Shown: piece by piece, positions 23,428 to 31,918 of the stretch
How the letters are laid out: the number at the start of each line of letters is the position of its first letter
Numbering within the stretch: position 1 is the stretch's first letter
From: a virus
Length of the DNA stretch: 36,178 bases
IMG/VR virus record: IMGVR_UViG_3300045988_025848
Coordinates: 1 to 36,178 of that record
Direction: 5' to 3' (one strand)
Program-made: the position numbers and the translations under genes
The notes under the pieces: model-generated
Seen by the model: only the letters and a program-made list of their open reading frames with translations
Databases searched by the model: none
Told to the model about the DNA's origin: nothing

Positions 23428-24797
23428 ACTCTGTATTTTTTAATTAGTTCCTTAACCATATCCATTAAACCGTTCTGCGTATCCGCTTTCCCGGTCAACG
23501 CTCCAATAACCCTTTCGTCGATCGTACCCCGCGTAATAATGTGATGGACAAACACGCTGTTCTTCTGTCCCTGTCTCCACAACCGGGCGTTGAACTGTTG
23601 GTATAACTCCAAGCTCCAAGTAGTACCGTACCATATTATACGGTTGCCTCCCTTCTGCATGTTCAGACCGTGCCCCGCGCTAGCCGGGTGTGTCACTAGG
23701 ACGGGTATCTTTCCCTCGTTCCACCTGCGTACGCTATCCACGCCTTCCAGCGCTTCCGCGCCAAAAACCTTGAGGGCTTCCAGTATGCGCGCTTTCTCGT
23801 GTTGGAAGTTGTAAGCCACTAACACGGGCGATCCGTTCGCGGCTTCTACCATCTCTACTAGCGTCTCTAGCTTCTCATCGTGCACGGTATGTATGTTCCG
23901 TTCTGCGTCATAGATCGCCCCGCCTGCGAACTGTAAGAGTTTGTTTGATAAGGCCGCTGCGCTTAGTGCAGTGATCTCTTCCTCCTGCATAAGCTCCAGC
24001 ACTTGATCCTCTTCAAACTTATCGTACTGCTTCTTCACCTTCGGCGATAACTCTACGTAGTTGTTGATGTATGTAAGTTCCGGCATATCTAGGAAGTCAA
24101 GCGCTTTCATCGATAATGTGATGTCGGCTATCTTCTCACCTAATACCGCCTCGGTTGTTGCAAGCGGTTTGTACTCGTAAACGATCCCGCCGTTTTGCGC
24201 GCCCGGTCTAAAATAGTTTGCCCGGTAATCGGTGATCGTCTTTCCTAACCGCTGCCCTCCATCTACTAAATACATTTGCGCCCATAGGTCAATAAGTCCG
24301 TTCGGCGCGGGCGTACCCGTCAGACCCACCACCCGGCTAACACTCCGGCGTATTATCTTAGCGGCCTTGAAGCGTTTAGACTGGTGGTTTTTGAACGAGG
24401 ATAGTTCGTCCAGTACTAACATATCATAAGGAACTTTAGACCCGCCCCACATTTGCAGAAGCCATACGAGATTGTCCCGGCTCACTGTGTAAACGTCTGC
24501 GTCAGCACGTGCGGCGATCTCACGTTGTTTCGCCGTGCCTTTAATGACTGACAAACGAAGGTGTGAGATGTGCGACCAGTTCTCGATCTCGTCGCCCCAA
24601 GTCATTTCGGCTACACGCTTAGGCGCTACTATCAGAACCTTAGTTACTTCGAACTCGTTTATAAGATCGGCTACGGCCGTTAGCGTGCTCACCGTCTTTC
24701 CTAGTCCCATATCAAGGAACAGAGCTGCGTCGGGGTGATCCTTGATGTGCTGGACGGCAGTACGCTGATAGCCGTGTAAATTACTCCTCTGTAACAT
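23424..24797 (-). CDS. SNF2-family DNA helicase / translocase (457 aa)
   Basis: Motif I DMGLGKT, motif II LVLDELSSF, GTPAPNG, and C-terminal helicase motifs (HPASAGHGLN, ARLWRQGQ). Confidence 0.9.
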   Translation of the reverse strand: MLQRSNLHGYQRTAVQHIKDHPDAALFLDMGLGKTVSTLTAVADLINEFEVTKVLIVAPKRVAEMTWGDEIENWSHISHLRLSVIKGTAKQREIAARADADVYTVSRDNLVWLLQMWGGSKVPYDMLVLDELSSFKNHQSKRFKAAKIIRRSVSRVVGLTGTPAPNGLIDLWAQMYLVDGGQRLGKTITDYRANYFRPGAQNGGIVYEYKPLATTEAVLGEKIADITLSMKALDFLDMPELTYINNYVELSPKVKKQYDKFEEDQVLELMQEEEITALSAAALSNKLLQFAGGAIYDAERNIHTVHDEKLETLVEMVEAANGSPVLVAYNFQHEKARILEALKVFGAEALEGVDSVRRWNEGKIPVLVTHPASAGHGLNMQKGGNRIIWYGTTWSLELYQQFNARLWRQGQKNSVFVHHIITRGTIDERVIGALTGKADTQNGLMDMVKELIKKYRV

Positions 24798-24999
24798 TGA
24801 TAGCCATTAATTTAAATATCACATTCTTTCCGTCCTCCCTGTTATCCGCGTCACACTGAAGCTCGGGGATATTAACCGCTGTACACTGTGGTGTGTTCAT
24901 GTCCCACCCGACAGTATAAAATATGCAACCCTTGCACGCTACGTTCTCGTCTACTTCCACCGCGGCGTATGTACGCCTGCCTACTCTTATTGTTTTCAT
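24781..24999 (-). CDS. Cys-rich small protein (72 aa), paralogue of 23224..23427
   Basis: See the paralogue entry. It has four conserved Cys. Confidence 0.6.
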   Translation of the reverse strand: MKTIRVGRRTYAAVEVDENVACKGCIFYTVGWDMNTPQCTAVNIPELQCDADNREDGKNVIFKLMAINVTEE

Positions 25000-25160
25000 A
25001 ACCCTAAATCCTTTTTATATAACATATCGAAAATATCGTCTAGCGTATACCGTTCCGGAAAGCACTTCAGTACCTCTTCGATCACGTCCAGTATATCAGG
25101 GAACTTTGATTTGATCCCTAACAAGTCCTTCAGGGCTTCCGCCTTATTGGCGTTAAACAC
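24996..25160 (-). CDS. Unlisted reading frame: either a GTG-initiated 54-aa ORF or the C-terminal half of a gene frameshifted at the G5 run (25193-25197)
   Basis: The frame is open from just upstream of the G run (25193-25197) and reads (EVEIAEVYKDE)VFNANKAEALKDLLGIKSKFPDILDVIEEVLKCFPERYTLDDIFDMLYKKDLGL. It has no ATG. ATGA overlap with the next gene. Confidence 0.5.
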   Translation of the reverse strand: MFNANKAEALKDLLGIKSKFPDILDVIEEVLKCFPERYTLDDIFDMLYKKDLGL

Positions 25161-25425
25161 CTCGTCCTTGTAAACCTCGGCTATCTCGACTTCCCCCTTC
25201 GAACACTACATTGTCACCCTTGTGCAGTTCCCGGCGGCTGTACTCCCTGCGTAGTATGCTGTCCGGTACTTCTGATATTAAATACTGTTGCAGGTTCTCG
25301 GGTAATTGATAAATAGCTTCTCCAATCGCGTAGCCTTCTGCGGGCGTTCCGTGCGCCATCTTCGTAACCACATCGCAAAAAAGATTGATGCGGTCTATCT
25401 TTAGTTTCTCGTTGAAGTCTACCAT
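25153..25425 (-). CDS. Hypothetical protein (90 aa as written; the last 13 aa look out of frame)
   Basis: The ORF is in the track. The tail GSRDSRGLQGRGV after the G5 run looks atypical. Confidence 0.55.
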   Translation of the reverse strand: MVDFNEKLKIDRINLFCDVVTKMAHGTPAEGYAIGEAIYQLPENLQQYLISEVPDSILRREYSRRELHKGDNVVFEGGSRDSRGLQGRGV

Positions 25426-25427
25426 AA

Positions 25428-25838
25428 TTAAATATCTCCCTTAATTATAATCAGTTCGTCAATCCTAACCGTTACGGCTTTATATCCTAGTTCGTTGGTG
25501 TACGAGAAATCCGTATTTGCCTTAACCTCTACCATCCCGTCAGGTTTGAATCCCAAGAACCAACACGTGTATATATCGCCGTCCTTTCTAAACGCTAGTT
25601 CATTATTGGGAAGAAGGTTTTTAAGTTCTTCCATTTCTCCGGCTTCTATGAAGTTGTGCGCAAACTGTCTGCTTCTGTCAGTCATTGCAATGTGGAAACC
25701 TTTGTTGTACAGGTGTACTGCGAACTGCTTGTAATTCTCGAAACTCTTCGTTTCGCCGTTGCTCCTACTCAATAGTCTACCGTTTTGTAGCTTTTCTACA
25801 CGCAGTAGATCGTGATTTGATTTTCTATATATTTCCAT
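25428..25838 (-). CDS. Hypothetical protein (136 aa)
   Basis: ATG ORF in the track. Confidence 0.55.
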   Translation of the reverse strand: MEIYRKSNHDLLRVEKLQNGRLLSRSNGETKSFENYKQFAVHLYNKGFHIAMTDRSRQFAHNFIEAGEMEELKNLLPNNELAFRKDGDIYTCWFLGFKPDGMVEVKANTDFSYTNELGYKAVTVRIDELIIIKGDI

Positions 25839-25844
25839 GATCGT

Positions 25845-26276
25845 TTATTTATTATTGGTTATTGCTTCTGCCATCTTCTTAAGTTCGTTACGTGAGATGT
25901 TAACGGTGAACTGATTGCCCGGGCTGAATATCTGCCACACACCCGCCATCTTTGGGAAACGTGCGGTATGTCCCGCCGGGTTGTTAAGGTATACTATCTC
26001 GTTGCTGCTGGATGGCTTGTACTCGGCCAGGCTTAAGAGCGTCTTAACCGCTGCGTCCGCGTCGCCTAGATCGATGTCCATTTCTAGGGAACTAGTCCCG
26101 GCTAGCTGTCCGGTGATCTGATAGGTTACCGCGTCGCCCTTCGTGACTTCCACAATCTTACAAGTTCCCAGGCGGAAAGACTTAAGCGTCTTTAGGCTCC
26201 CGCTTGCGGTTGATACTTGCGCCATTGCGCTAACTGATAATAAAACTACTGCTAAAATACTGATTAACTTTTTCAT
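25845..26276 (-). CDS. Secreted protein with a signal peptide (143 aa from the ATG at 26276)
   Basis: MKKLISILAVVLLSVSAMAQ is a classical signal peptide with an AMA-Q cleavage site. The longer track ORF (to 26402) overlaps the upstream gene. Confidence 0.6.
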   Translation of the reverse strand: MKKLISILAVVLLSVSAMAQVSTASGSLKTLKSFRLGTCKIVEVTKGDAVTYQITGQLAGTSSLEMDIDLGDADAAVKTLLSLAEYKPSSSNEIVYLNNPAGHTARFPKMAGVWQIFSPGNQFTVNISRNELKKMAEAITNNK

Positions 26277-26287
26277 GATTCTAATTT

Positions 26288-26515
26288 TTATAAGTTTGAT
26301 ACTGCGATTACTGTGAAATTCCTTAGATACACTGTGGCTTCTGCCTTCGTTATACTGTTTGACACGTATACCTTTCTCGGTTCGGCATTTACGAATAACC
26401 ACTGCGCAGAAGGAACTTCGTCCACTAAATCATAATTCATTAACTCGGCTAATACGTTTGCTAAATCTGTTTTACCCGTTCCGGGTCTGCCAATAATTAA
26501 AATTTTTTCTTTCAT
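26288..26515 (-). CDS. 75-aa mini P-loop protein (Walker A only)
   Basis: KILIIGRPGTGKTDLANVLAE matches the GxxGxGKT Walker A motif. The protein is too short for a full NTPase fold. Confidence 0.5.
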   Translation of the reverse strand: MKEKILIIGRPGTGKTDLANVLAELMNYDLVDEVPSAQWLFVNAEPRKVYVSNSITKAEATVYLRNFTVIAVSNL

Positions 26516-26530
26516 ATCTTTTGGGTGTTG

Positions 26531-26550
26531 TGGGCGGTGCTACCCGCCCA
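26531..26550. promoter_or_regulatory. GC-rich intercistronic hairpin TGGGCGG-tgctac-CCGCCCA
   Basis: 7-bp stem read directly. A near-twin lies at 29082-29099. Confidence 0.7.
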
Positions 26551-26552
26551 GG

Positions 26553-26722
<170 letters not shown>

Positions 26723-26761
26723 ATCTTTAATTTTTAATTGGTTTATTTCCTTTTGACATTT

Positions 26762-26792
26762 CAAAGATACGGGTTCTTTTCATACTACCAAA
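26762..26792 (-). promoter_or_regulatory. Promoter candidate (-33 TTTG, 19-nt spacer, -7 TATCTTTG)
   Basis: Boxes at 26789-26792 and 26762-26769. The 56-nt box-plus-leader is nearly identical to 29325-29381. Confidence 0.55.
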
Positions 26793-26837
26793 ATATAGGG
26801 TAAACTCTTAACTTTGATTTGCATTAAACGCGCTTAG

Positions 26838-27146
26838 TTAACGCCCGTTAACATAAAAGTCTATTAATTCCTTCAAATCATTGTATTCTTCCGGGTTCGA
26901 CACTACACGTACATTGAAGTCAAGCGCGGCGATCCGATCGAGTATAACACGCTGTATCGGTCTAGGTTTGCAGCCCGTAGATTTGAACTCAACAAAGATA
27001 ACCGTCCCACCTGGTAACAGGTACATCCGATCCGGCAGACCGTTTATAAATTGGGACAGCAGTTTAACCGCCATCCCTCCTTTACTCTCGACGTACTTAG
27101 ACATAGTACGCTCGAATACCTTTTCACTAGTTTCCGTGGACTTCAT
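26838..27146 (-). CDS. VRR-NUC domain nuclease (102 aa)
   Basis: PDRMYLLPGGTVIFVEFKSTGCKPRPIQ fits the D...E.K...Q core of VRR-NUC. Confidence 0.8.
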   Translation of the reverse strand: MKSTETSEKVFERTMSKYVESKGGMAVKLLSQFINGLPDRMYLLPGGTVIFVEFKSTGCKPRPIQRVILDRIAALDFNVRVVSNPEEYNDLKELIDFYVNGR

Positions 27147-27396
27147 CCGTTGGTATGTTAATATGTAGGCTAGCGCCGTTTGTCACTTTGCACGCTTTCC
27201 GTAGTGCTACGTAATTTTTTCGGGCTGTGGTTGCTTCCGTCCATGTCAGAAGGGCGCACCCTTCTATATCGCTCCATTGGTCGGCCTTCTTGTCATACGT
27301 TTGCAGCTTATACATACCGCAAAAATACCCTACACTCTTATCCGGTGTGATCCGGGTTGCGCCGTCACGAGACTTTAATTTTTTCTTGTTACTCAT
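27127..27396 (-). CDS. Hypothetical protein (89 aa)
   Basis: ATG ORF in the track. Confidence 0.5.
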   Translation of the reverse strand: MSNKKKLKSRDGATRITPDKSVGYFCGMYKLQTYDKKADQWSDIEGCALLTWTEATTARKNYVALRKACKVTNGASLHINIPTDEVHGN

Positions 27397-28333
27397 TGCT
27401 GTATTCTTTTAATAAAATTTCTGCCGCTTCTTCAGCCGTTACTAATGTAAAATTGTTAACTAGATATAATACGCACTTCTCTCCGGCGGGGAAATGCAGA
27501 CCCAAATCTAATAGCCTAACCGCCGTAGCTTTTGCCTCGTCCACGTCTACCGATTCGATTATATATAACGCGTCCCCCTTCTTCAAATATGATCCGCGTA
27601 CAATGTTGCCGTATCTGCTACGAAACTCTTCGTGTCGTTTCGCTATGGCTTCCTCGCGCTTCTTGTTCTTCCATTCTTCCTTTTGCCGGGCTAGTTCCTT
27701 TATCGCTTCGTCCGGTTCTATCTTATGTACATTTCCGGCTGTACAATGCTGCCCGCGTGATCCCCCGGATAATATTTTAACGGTATGTATCCCGTTAAAT
27801 ATACCACCGCTTGTTACCATTCCTAGCGTACGTACCCCGTTGAGGTCAAACGTAACATAGTCATACAATTTTATAGGGTTGCCAATAGCGGCTAGATTTT
27901 TCCTAATCCGGTCAGATTCTTCCACGGTGGTACGGGACGTGAGAAAATCCTCTGTTCCATAATCGTCAAACATTAGGCGCATAACGTGTTTGTAGTCCTC
28001 ATAATTGTCCCACTCTTCCGGGTGGAATGGAGAGTGCACAAACACCACTACTATCTTTTCGTCTGCGTACGTGTGCACTCTCCACTCGTCCGGGTTCACT
28101 ACCATCCACTCGAAAATAACATCCAGTTGGTTACGCGTGAGACGCAAACCACCCGCGCCAAGTGTCAGCAAAATAAGGTTAGGAGAAACTCTCCCTTCTC
28201 TTAAGTCCTGTGTAATTTTGGCCTTCAAGCCTTGTTCAAAACTTTCCATACAATAAAATTTTATAGATTTAATTGGATAATACGCGGCGATCGCAATAAG
28301 TACTGCCGCTAAAATAATTATTAAATACATCAT
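27389..28333 (-). CDS. Membrane-anchored hypothetical protein (314 aa)
   Basis: N-terminal LIIILAAVLIAIAAYY anchor. The C-terminal part contains two SH3/KOW-like stretches. Confidence 0.55.
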   Translation of the reverse strand: MMYLIIILAAVLIAIAAYYPIKSIKFYCMESFEQGLKAKITQDLREGRVSPNLILLTLGAGGLRLTRNQLDVIFEWMVVNPDEWRVHTYADEKIVVVFVHSPFHPEEWDNYEDYKHVMRLMFDDYGTEDFLTSRTTVEESDRIRKNLAAIGNPIKLYDYVTFDLNGVRTLGMVTSGGIFNGIHTVKILSGGSRGQHCTAGNVHKIEPDEAIKELARQKEEWKNKKREEAIAKRHEEFRSRYGNIVRGSYLKKGDALYIIESVDVDEAKATAVRLLDLGLHFPAGEKCVLYLVNNFTLVTAEEAAEILLKEYSNE

Positions 28334-28524
28334 TCCTCCGTTATATAAGTTAGATTAACCCGCTTAACCGTAAATCCCGCTAGGGTCTGACACTCGGCGA
28401 TATACCGCCGTTCCGCTTCTATGTCCGTTACGACATACATACCTAAACTATCTTGGACTTCTGCATAGTCCTGTACTATAACGCCGTCCGTCGTTATAAT
28501 CACCGCTCTTAGTATCTGTACCAT
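28330..28524 (-). CDS. Hypothetical protein (64 aa)
   Basis: ATG ORF with an ATGA overlap downstream. Confidence 0.5.
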   Translation of the reverse strand: MVQILRAVIITTDGVIVQDYAEVQDSLGMYVVTDIEAERRYIAECQTLAGFTVKRVNLTYITEE

Positions 28525-28528
28525 ACTT

Positions 28529-28615
28529 TTAAATATTAGTTGTTGGCTCGCAGCACAACAAAATGAATAATACGAATAGGATTGCCCAAAACGTGTAAAC
28601 TATAAACTGTTTCAT
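28529..28615 (-). CDS. 28-aa hydrophobic mini-protein
   Basis: Hand translation: MKQFIVYTFWAILFVLFILLCCEPTTNI. It exactly fills the gap between two genes. Confidence 0.4.
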   Translation of the reverse strand: MKQFIVYTFWAILFVLFILLCCEPTTNI

Positions 28616-28617
28616 AA

Positions 28618-28905
28618 CTAAAATATTTTAAAGGTTGATATTGCGTGATTAAAATCTGATTCGCTAGCTCTCCGAACTGTGTACATATCATTGGTGAAGT
28701 ATTTACCCGGCCATTTTGTATCGCGTATTTCCATAACTTCTTCAAAGGAAGAAAAGGTTTTCAACGCCTTAACTAGTTTCTGCATTTTCATTGAATCCCG
28801 TTCGAGTTGTTTCCTAGCGGGTTCTCCGAAAAACCCTCGCTTGTTCCAAAAGCGGGTGCGGGCTTTTAAATCCGCCTCGCTTAGTTCTCCTATATCCTGT
28901 TTCAT
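28618..28905 (-). CDS. Hypothetical protein (95 aa from the ATG at 28905)
   Basis: The track ORF starts at 28938. The internal ATG at 28905 avoids overlapping the upstream 51-aa ORF. Confidence 0.5.
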   Translation of the reverse strand: MKQDIGELSEADLKARTRFWNKRGFFGEPARKQLERDSMKMQKLVKALKTFSSFEEVMEIRDTKWPGKYFTNDMYTVRRASESDFNHAISTFKIF

Positions 28906-28909
28906 AATC

Positions 28910-29065
28910 TTATATTTTAGATAAAATAGTATATGCATCCTTTAGGCTAGTCTCGGTTGTTATGCCTAATTTCTTTAGTGGTCTTAGGTCTTTCTGTGTG
29001 AAATAAATGCCTATGCAACCTCTCCAGTTATTAAATTCTCCAAATCCTTTTATCAGTTCTAACAT
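28910..29065 (-). CDS. 51-aa small protein
   Basis: Hand translation: MLELIKGFGEFNNWRGCIGIYFTQKDLRPLKKLGITTETSLKDAYTILSKI. It has the AAAGATATG start context shared with other early genes. Confidence 0.4.
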   Translation of the reverse strand: MLELIKGFGEFNNWRGCIGIYFTQKDLRPLKKLGITTETSLKDAYTILSKI

Positions 29066-29081
29066 ATCTTTTTAGTATTGT

Positions 29082-29099
29082 GGCGGGTGTTACCCCGCC
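29082..29099. promoter_or_regulatory. GC-rich intercistronic hairpin GGCGGG-tgttac-CCCGCC
   Basis: 6-bp stem read directly. Twin of 26531-26550, with the same flanks (GTGG..., ...GGTT-ATT). Confidence 0.7.
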
Positions 29100-29105
29100 G
29101 GGTTA

Positions 29106-29330
29106 TTAATTTTTTAATGCTTTGATCTGTCTCTCCAATAAACGCGCCCTGCTAGCTTCATTATCTGCAAATTCATTTTGCCCTATGGACCTGTAATATT
29201 CGGCGTTTTCTTTAGCGTTTTCAAGTGCTCTTTGTTTTTCCTGGATCATCTGTGACTTTTCGAAACTGTCATTTCTGATTATTGCATCCTCTAGAGCGGT
29301 TCTTCTTGTTAATTCGATAGTTGCTTTCAT
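29106..29330 (-). CDS. 74-aa coiled-coil-like micro-protein
   Basis: ATG ORF preceded by the duplicated leader. Confidence 0.55.
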   Translation of the reverse strand: MKATIELTRRTALEDAIIRNDSFEKSQMIQEKQRALENAKENAEYYRSIGQNEFADNEASRARLLERQIKALKN

Positions 29331-29370
29331 ATCTTTTAATTTTTAATTGGTTTATTTCCTTTTGACACTT

Positions 29371-29401
29371 CAAAGATACGGATTAATTATGAAGTACCAA
29401 A
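29371..29401 (-). promoter_or_regulatory. Promoter candidate (-33 TTTG, 19-nt spacer, -7 TATCTTTG)
   Basis: Boxes at 29398-29401 and 29371-29378. Confidence 0.55.
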
Positions 29402-29430
29402 ACTTTTCTCAAAAAACTTTAGTATATTAA

Positions 29431-29467
29431 CAAAAATAAAGTCTCGCGTATCACTACGAAAGACTTT
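29431..29467 (-). terminator. Rho-independent terminator after the primase-helicase gene
   Basis: The minus strand reads AAAGTCTTTCGTA-GTGA-TACGCGAGACTTT followed by ATTTTTG. Confidence 0.6.
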
Positions 29468-29526
29468 TTAACTGAAAAACCACCCTAAAAGTATTAACCT
29501 TAAAAATTAGAAAAGAAAGTATTGCG

Positions 29527-31917
29527 TTACAAAGATAGTAATTTTTTGCTTTCCTCGCTACCTTTACGGATATAAACTACTTGTGCGCCGTACAATTTAG
29601 TTCTATTTAACTTTCCTTTGCGCCATCCGCCCAACTGTCTCATAGCTGTTGCCAGTTCGCGTCCTTTCGCGCTTGTATAATCTTCTTTCTTGCGCCCCAA
29701 GGCATCTACCCAAAGCTCCATCAGGCAGAACTTGTTTTTAACCGTGTCGCCGATCTCGCCCAAACCGCCTGACAGGAAGTCGGCTCGTTGTTGTTCGGTG
29801 CGCTCTTCATAGTCAGCCGGGAAAAGCCTATCTAAGTAGTTTTCTATAATACCTACTATCGGACTTTCTTCTGTAAATTCTTCACGCCCGGCGTTTGCAA
29901 TCGCTTCAGCTTCATCGGATAAGATAAGGCTTTCACCTAACATGTACATCTCCATTGCTTCCGCCCAAAGTTGGTCTACCACTGCCTCAAAAGACTTTTC
30001 AAACAACTTGTGCGTGTTCGGGTTGGCACGTACCTCGATCGGAAAGAAACGGCGGTTTCCGGTCTTGTCCTTCAAAAATTCATCGTCGTTTGTAGACCCG
30101 AAAAATACGCATTGTCTGCGGTGTGTCTTTACCCGGCGGGCGTATGCACTACGGTACGTATCTTCACGTTTGCTTATGAAGTTCTTAGTAGCTTCCACGT
30201 CCGAACGGCGAAGGGCTGACAACTCGGCTAACTCCACGATCCAGGCATGTTGTATTGCTTCATACGCTTTTTGCCCGGACACGTCCGTTAATGAGTCGTT
30301 GAACCAACCTTTTGAAAGGGACTGTATAAGCGTGGACTTTCCCGCGCCCTGTCCAGAATACATAACAAGCGCCGTATCAAATTTGCGGCCTGGCTCGTAC
30401 ACTCTAGTAACGGCGGCAACCAACATTTTTCGGAACGCCTCGGAAACATATATGCTAGGCTCTGCGCCCATATAGTCAACTAAGAAATTATCTATCCGTT
30501 TCACGCCGTCCCATTTTTGCGCCTCTAGGTACTTCTTGATAGGGTGGAAAGCATTTTCGCTGCAAACCTTTTCTAGTGCGTCGTTTAATTTGCTGTCGTT
30601 ATAAATACCGTGCAAATCCTCAATGCGTCCGCGGATAATCGCTACGGCGGTATCGTCTAGCGTATCGCCCTTCTTGATGTTTTTCGAGAAGAACGGCGTA
30701 CGGGTGTACACGATCGTGTCTAGGAACAAGTCGTATGCTAGCAGATCATTTAATAGTGGATCACACTTGAAGGCGTTAACGAAGTTGCGAACGGTACACA
30801 ATTTATCGCCCTTCCTATCCAAGTCCCAAACCAGTTCCTCGGCGGTCTGCGCGTCGCTCTTAACCTCGTCCGTGTATTCTTCGAAGTCGGCTAGATCGTC
30901 GTCAAGCGATACCATATCCTTAACGCACTCTTTATCGGCGCAAATTAGCTTGTTCATCTCGCGGGTACTGTCTTCCTTACCCAGGTGCCCGAACTTGTGC
31001 ACACGCACCAAATCATAAGCGTTGTATGCGTGTCCGTCTCCGATCGGGTCGGTTGAGTGGTGAGAAAAACAAAGTACGTCATCATACACTACCAGCCCGG
31101 CAGCGCCCGATCCAAGAACGTAGGTGTATCGGCCGTTGTCTACCTCTGTGTAAACGTCTGACAAGTATTTTTCTATGGTTTCCGGGATGGTGTATGAACG
31201 GCAAAACGCGCCTACCAGGCCCTCTTTATCGCGGGGGTCTTTCGCCATCTCCTTACTAATAACGGCGCGGGTATCACGTTCTACTTCTGAATGGAATGCC
31301 CATTTGCGCACGTCGCGCCATTCTTCGTCGTCTCCGTACAAACCTACGAGATACTCCGCGCTGATTGGCTCTCCTTCGAACACTTCGAAAAGTCCGGTTT
31401 GATCTTTGGAAAGAGATTGCCAATACATCATTCGTTCCGGTTGAAATGTTGTTTTATCGAATAGATCGATACCTAACAACTCGGCTACTTTGCGCGCCGC
31501 GGCTTCGTACATAGTAACGTCTGTAACCTCTTCTTTGAAAGGCATGATAAGACGGTAACGGCGTGATCCGGGGCGGTCTGATCTAGTAGTATAAATAGCT
31601 GCTGCCACGCCCGGAAAACGATCTGCAAAATCGAACGGGAATAAATCATCTCCGAAGTCTACGTCTAATGTAATCATAGATCGGGACATAACGGCCTTCT
31701 TAAGGCGTTGCGCGCCAGACAACTCGCCAGCCATGAATCCGCCCACGTCCTTCAAAGACGATTTGGCGGGCTTGTCTAATTTATCGTACTCGCGCATAGT
31801 CTCGTTAGTGATAACGGGCGTCCCAAGACGTTTTACAAAATCGTCCCATGTGAGGCGCACCGCCTTCCATTTCAGAGACGCCGAAGAACCTGCAAGTGAT
31901 AAGGTGTATTTTTCCAT
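29527..31917 (-). CDS. Primase-helicase, VirE (virulence-associated protein E) family with an N-terminal primase-polymerase-like domain (796 aa)
   Basis: ITLDVDF and SHHSTDP lie in the N-terminal half. The P-loop SGQGAGKST and the flanking pattern are typical of VirE/D5-like helicases. Confidence 0.85.
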   Translation of the reverse strand: MEKYTLSLAGSSASLKWKAVRLTWDDFVKRLGTPVITNETMREYDKLDKPAKSSLKDVGGFMAGELSGAQRLKKAVMSRSMITLDVDFGDDLFPFDFADRFPGVAAAIYTTRSDRPGSRRYRLIMPFKEEVTDVTMYEAAARKVAELLGIDLFDKTTFQPERMMYWQSLSKDQTGLFEVFEGEPISAEYLVGLYGDDEEWRDVRKWAFHSEVERDTRAVISKEMAKDPRDKEGLVGAFCRSYTIPETIEKYLSDVYTEVDNGRYTYVLGSGAAGLVVYDDVLCFSHHSTDPIGDGHAYNAYDLVRVHKFGHLGKEDSTREMNKLICADKECVKDMVSLDDDLADFEEYTDEVKSDAQTAEELVWDLDRKGDKLCTVRNFVNAFKCDPLLNDLLAYDLFLDTIVYTRTPFFSKNIKKGDTLDDTAVAIIRGRIEDLHGIYNDSKLNDALEKVCSENAFHPIKKYLEAQKWDGVKRIDNFLVDYMGAEPSIYVSEAFRKMLVAAVTRVYEPGRKFDTALVMYSGQGAGKSTLIQSLSKGWFNDSLTDVSGQKAYEAIQHAWIVELAELSALRRSDVEATKNFISKREDTYRSAYARRVKTHRRQCVFFGSTNDDEFLKDKTGNRRFFPIEVRANPNTHKLFEKSFEAVVDQLWAEAMEMYMLGESLILSDEAEAIANAGREEFTEESPIVGIIENYLDRLFPADYEERTEQQRADFLSGGLGEIGDTVKNKFCLMELWVDALGRKKEDYTSAKGRELATAMRQLGGWRKGKLNRTKLYGAQVVYIRKGSEESKKLLSL

Positions 31918-31918
31918 G

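Noticed and set aside
26277-26402. N-terminal extensions in the ORF track: 26402 for the secreted protein, 26764 for the micro-ORF, 6049, 19044 and 28938
   Set aside because: The extensions start at non-ATG codons or overlap upstream genes or promoter boxes. The internal ATGs give signal-peptide or leader-consistent starts and tight gene packing.
28536-28745. 69-aa ORF overlapping the 3' end of 28618..28905
   Set aside because: Most of it is off-frame overlap. Only its distal part coincides with the more plausible 28-aa hydrophobic ORF that starts at the ATG at 28615.
29082-29099. The GC hairpins at 29082-29099 and 26531-26550 as ordinary rho-independent terminators of the coding strand
   Set aside because: On the coding (minus) strand they are followed by ACAA[C/T]AC..., not by a U tract, and genes continue immediately downstream. 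The T-rich run is on the opposite strand, so their role is left open (see findings).
29530-29537. TATCTTTGTAAC box at the very end of the primase-helicase gene, considered as a promoter
   Set aside because: It simply encodes the final residues (L-S-L-stop). It lies upstream of that operon's terminator, and a better-placed promoter exists at 29371-29401.
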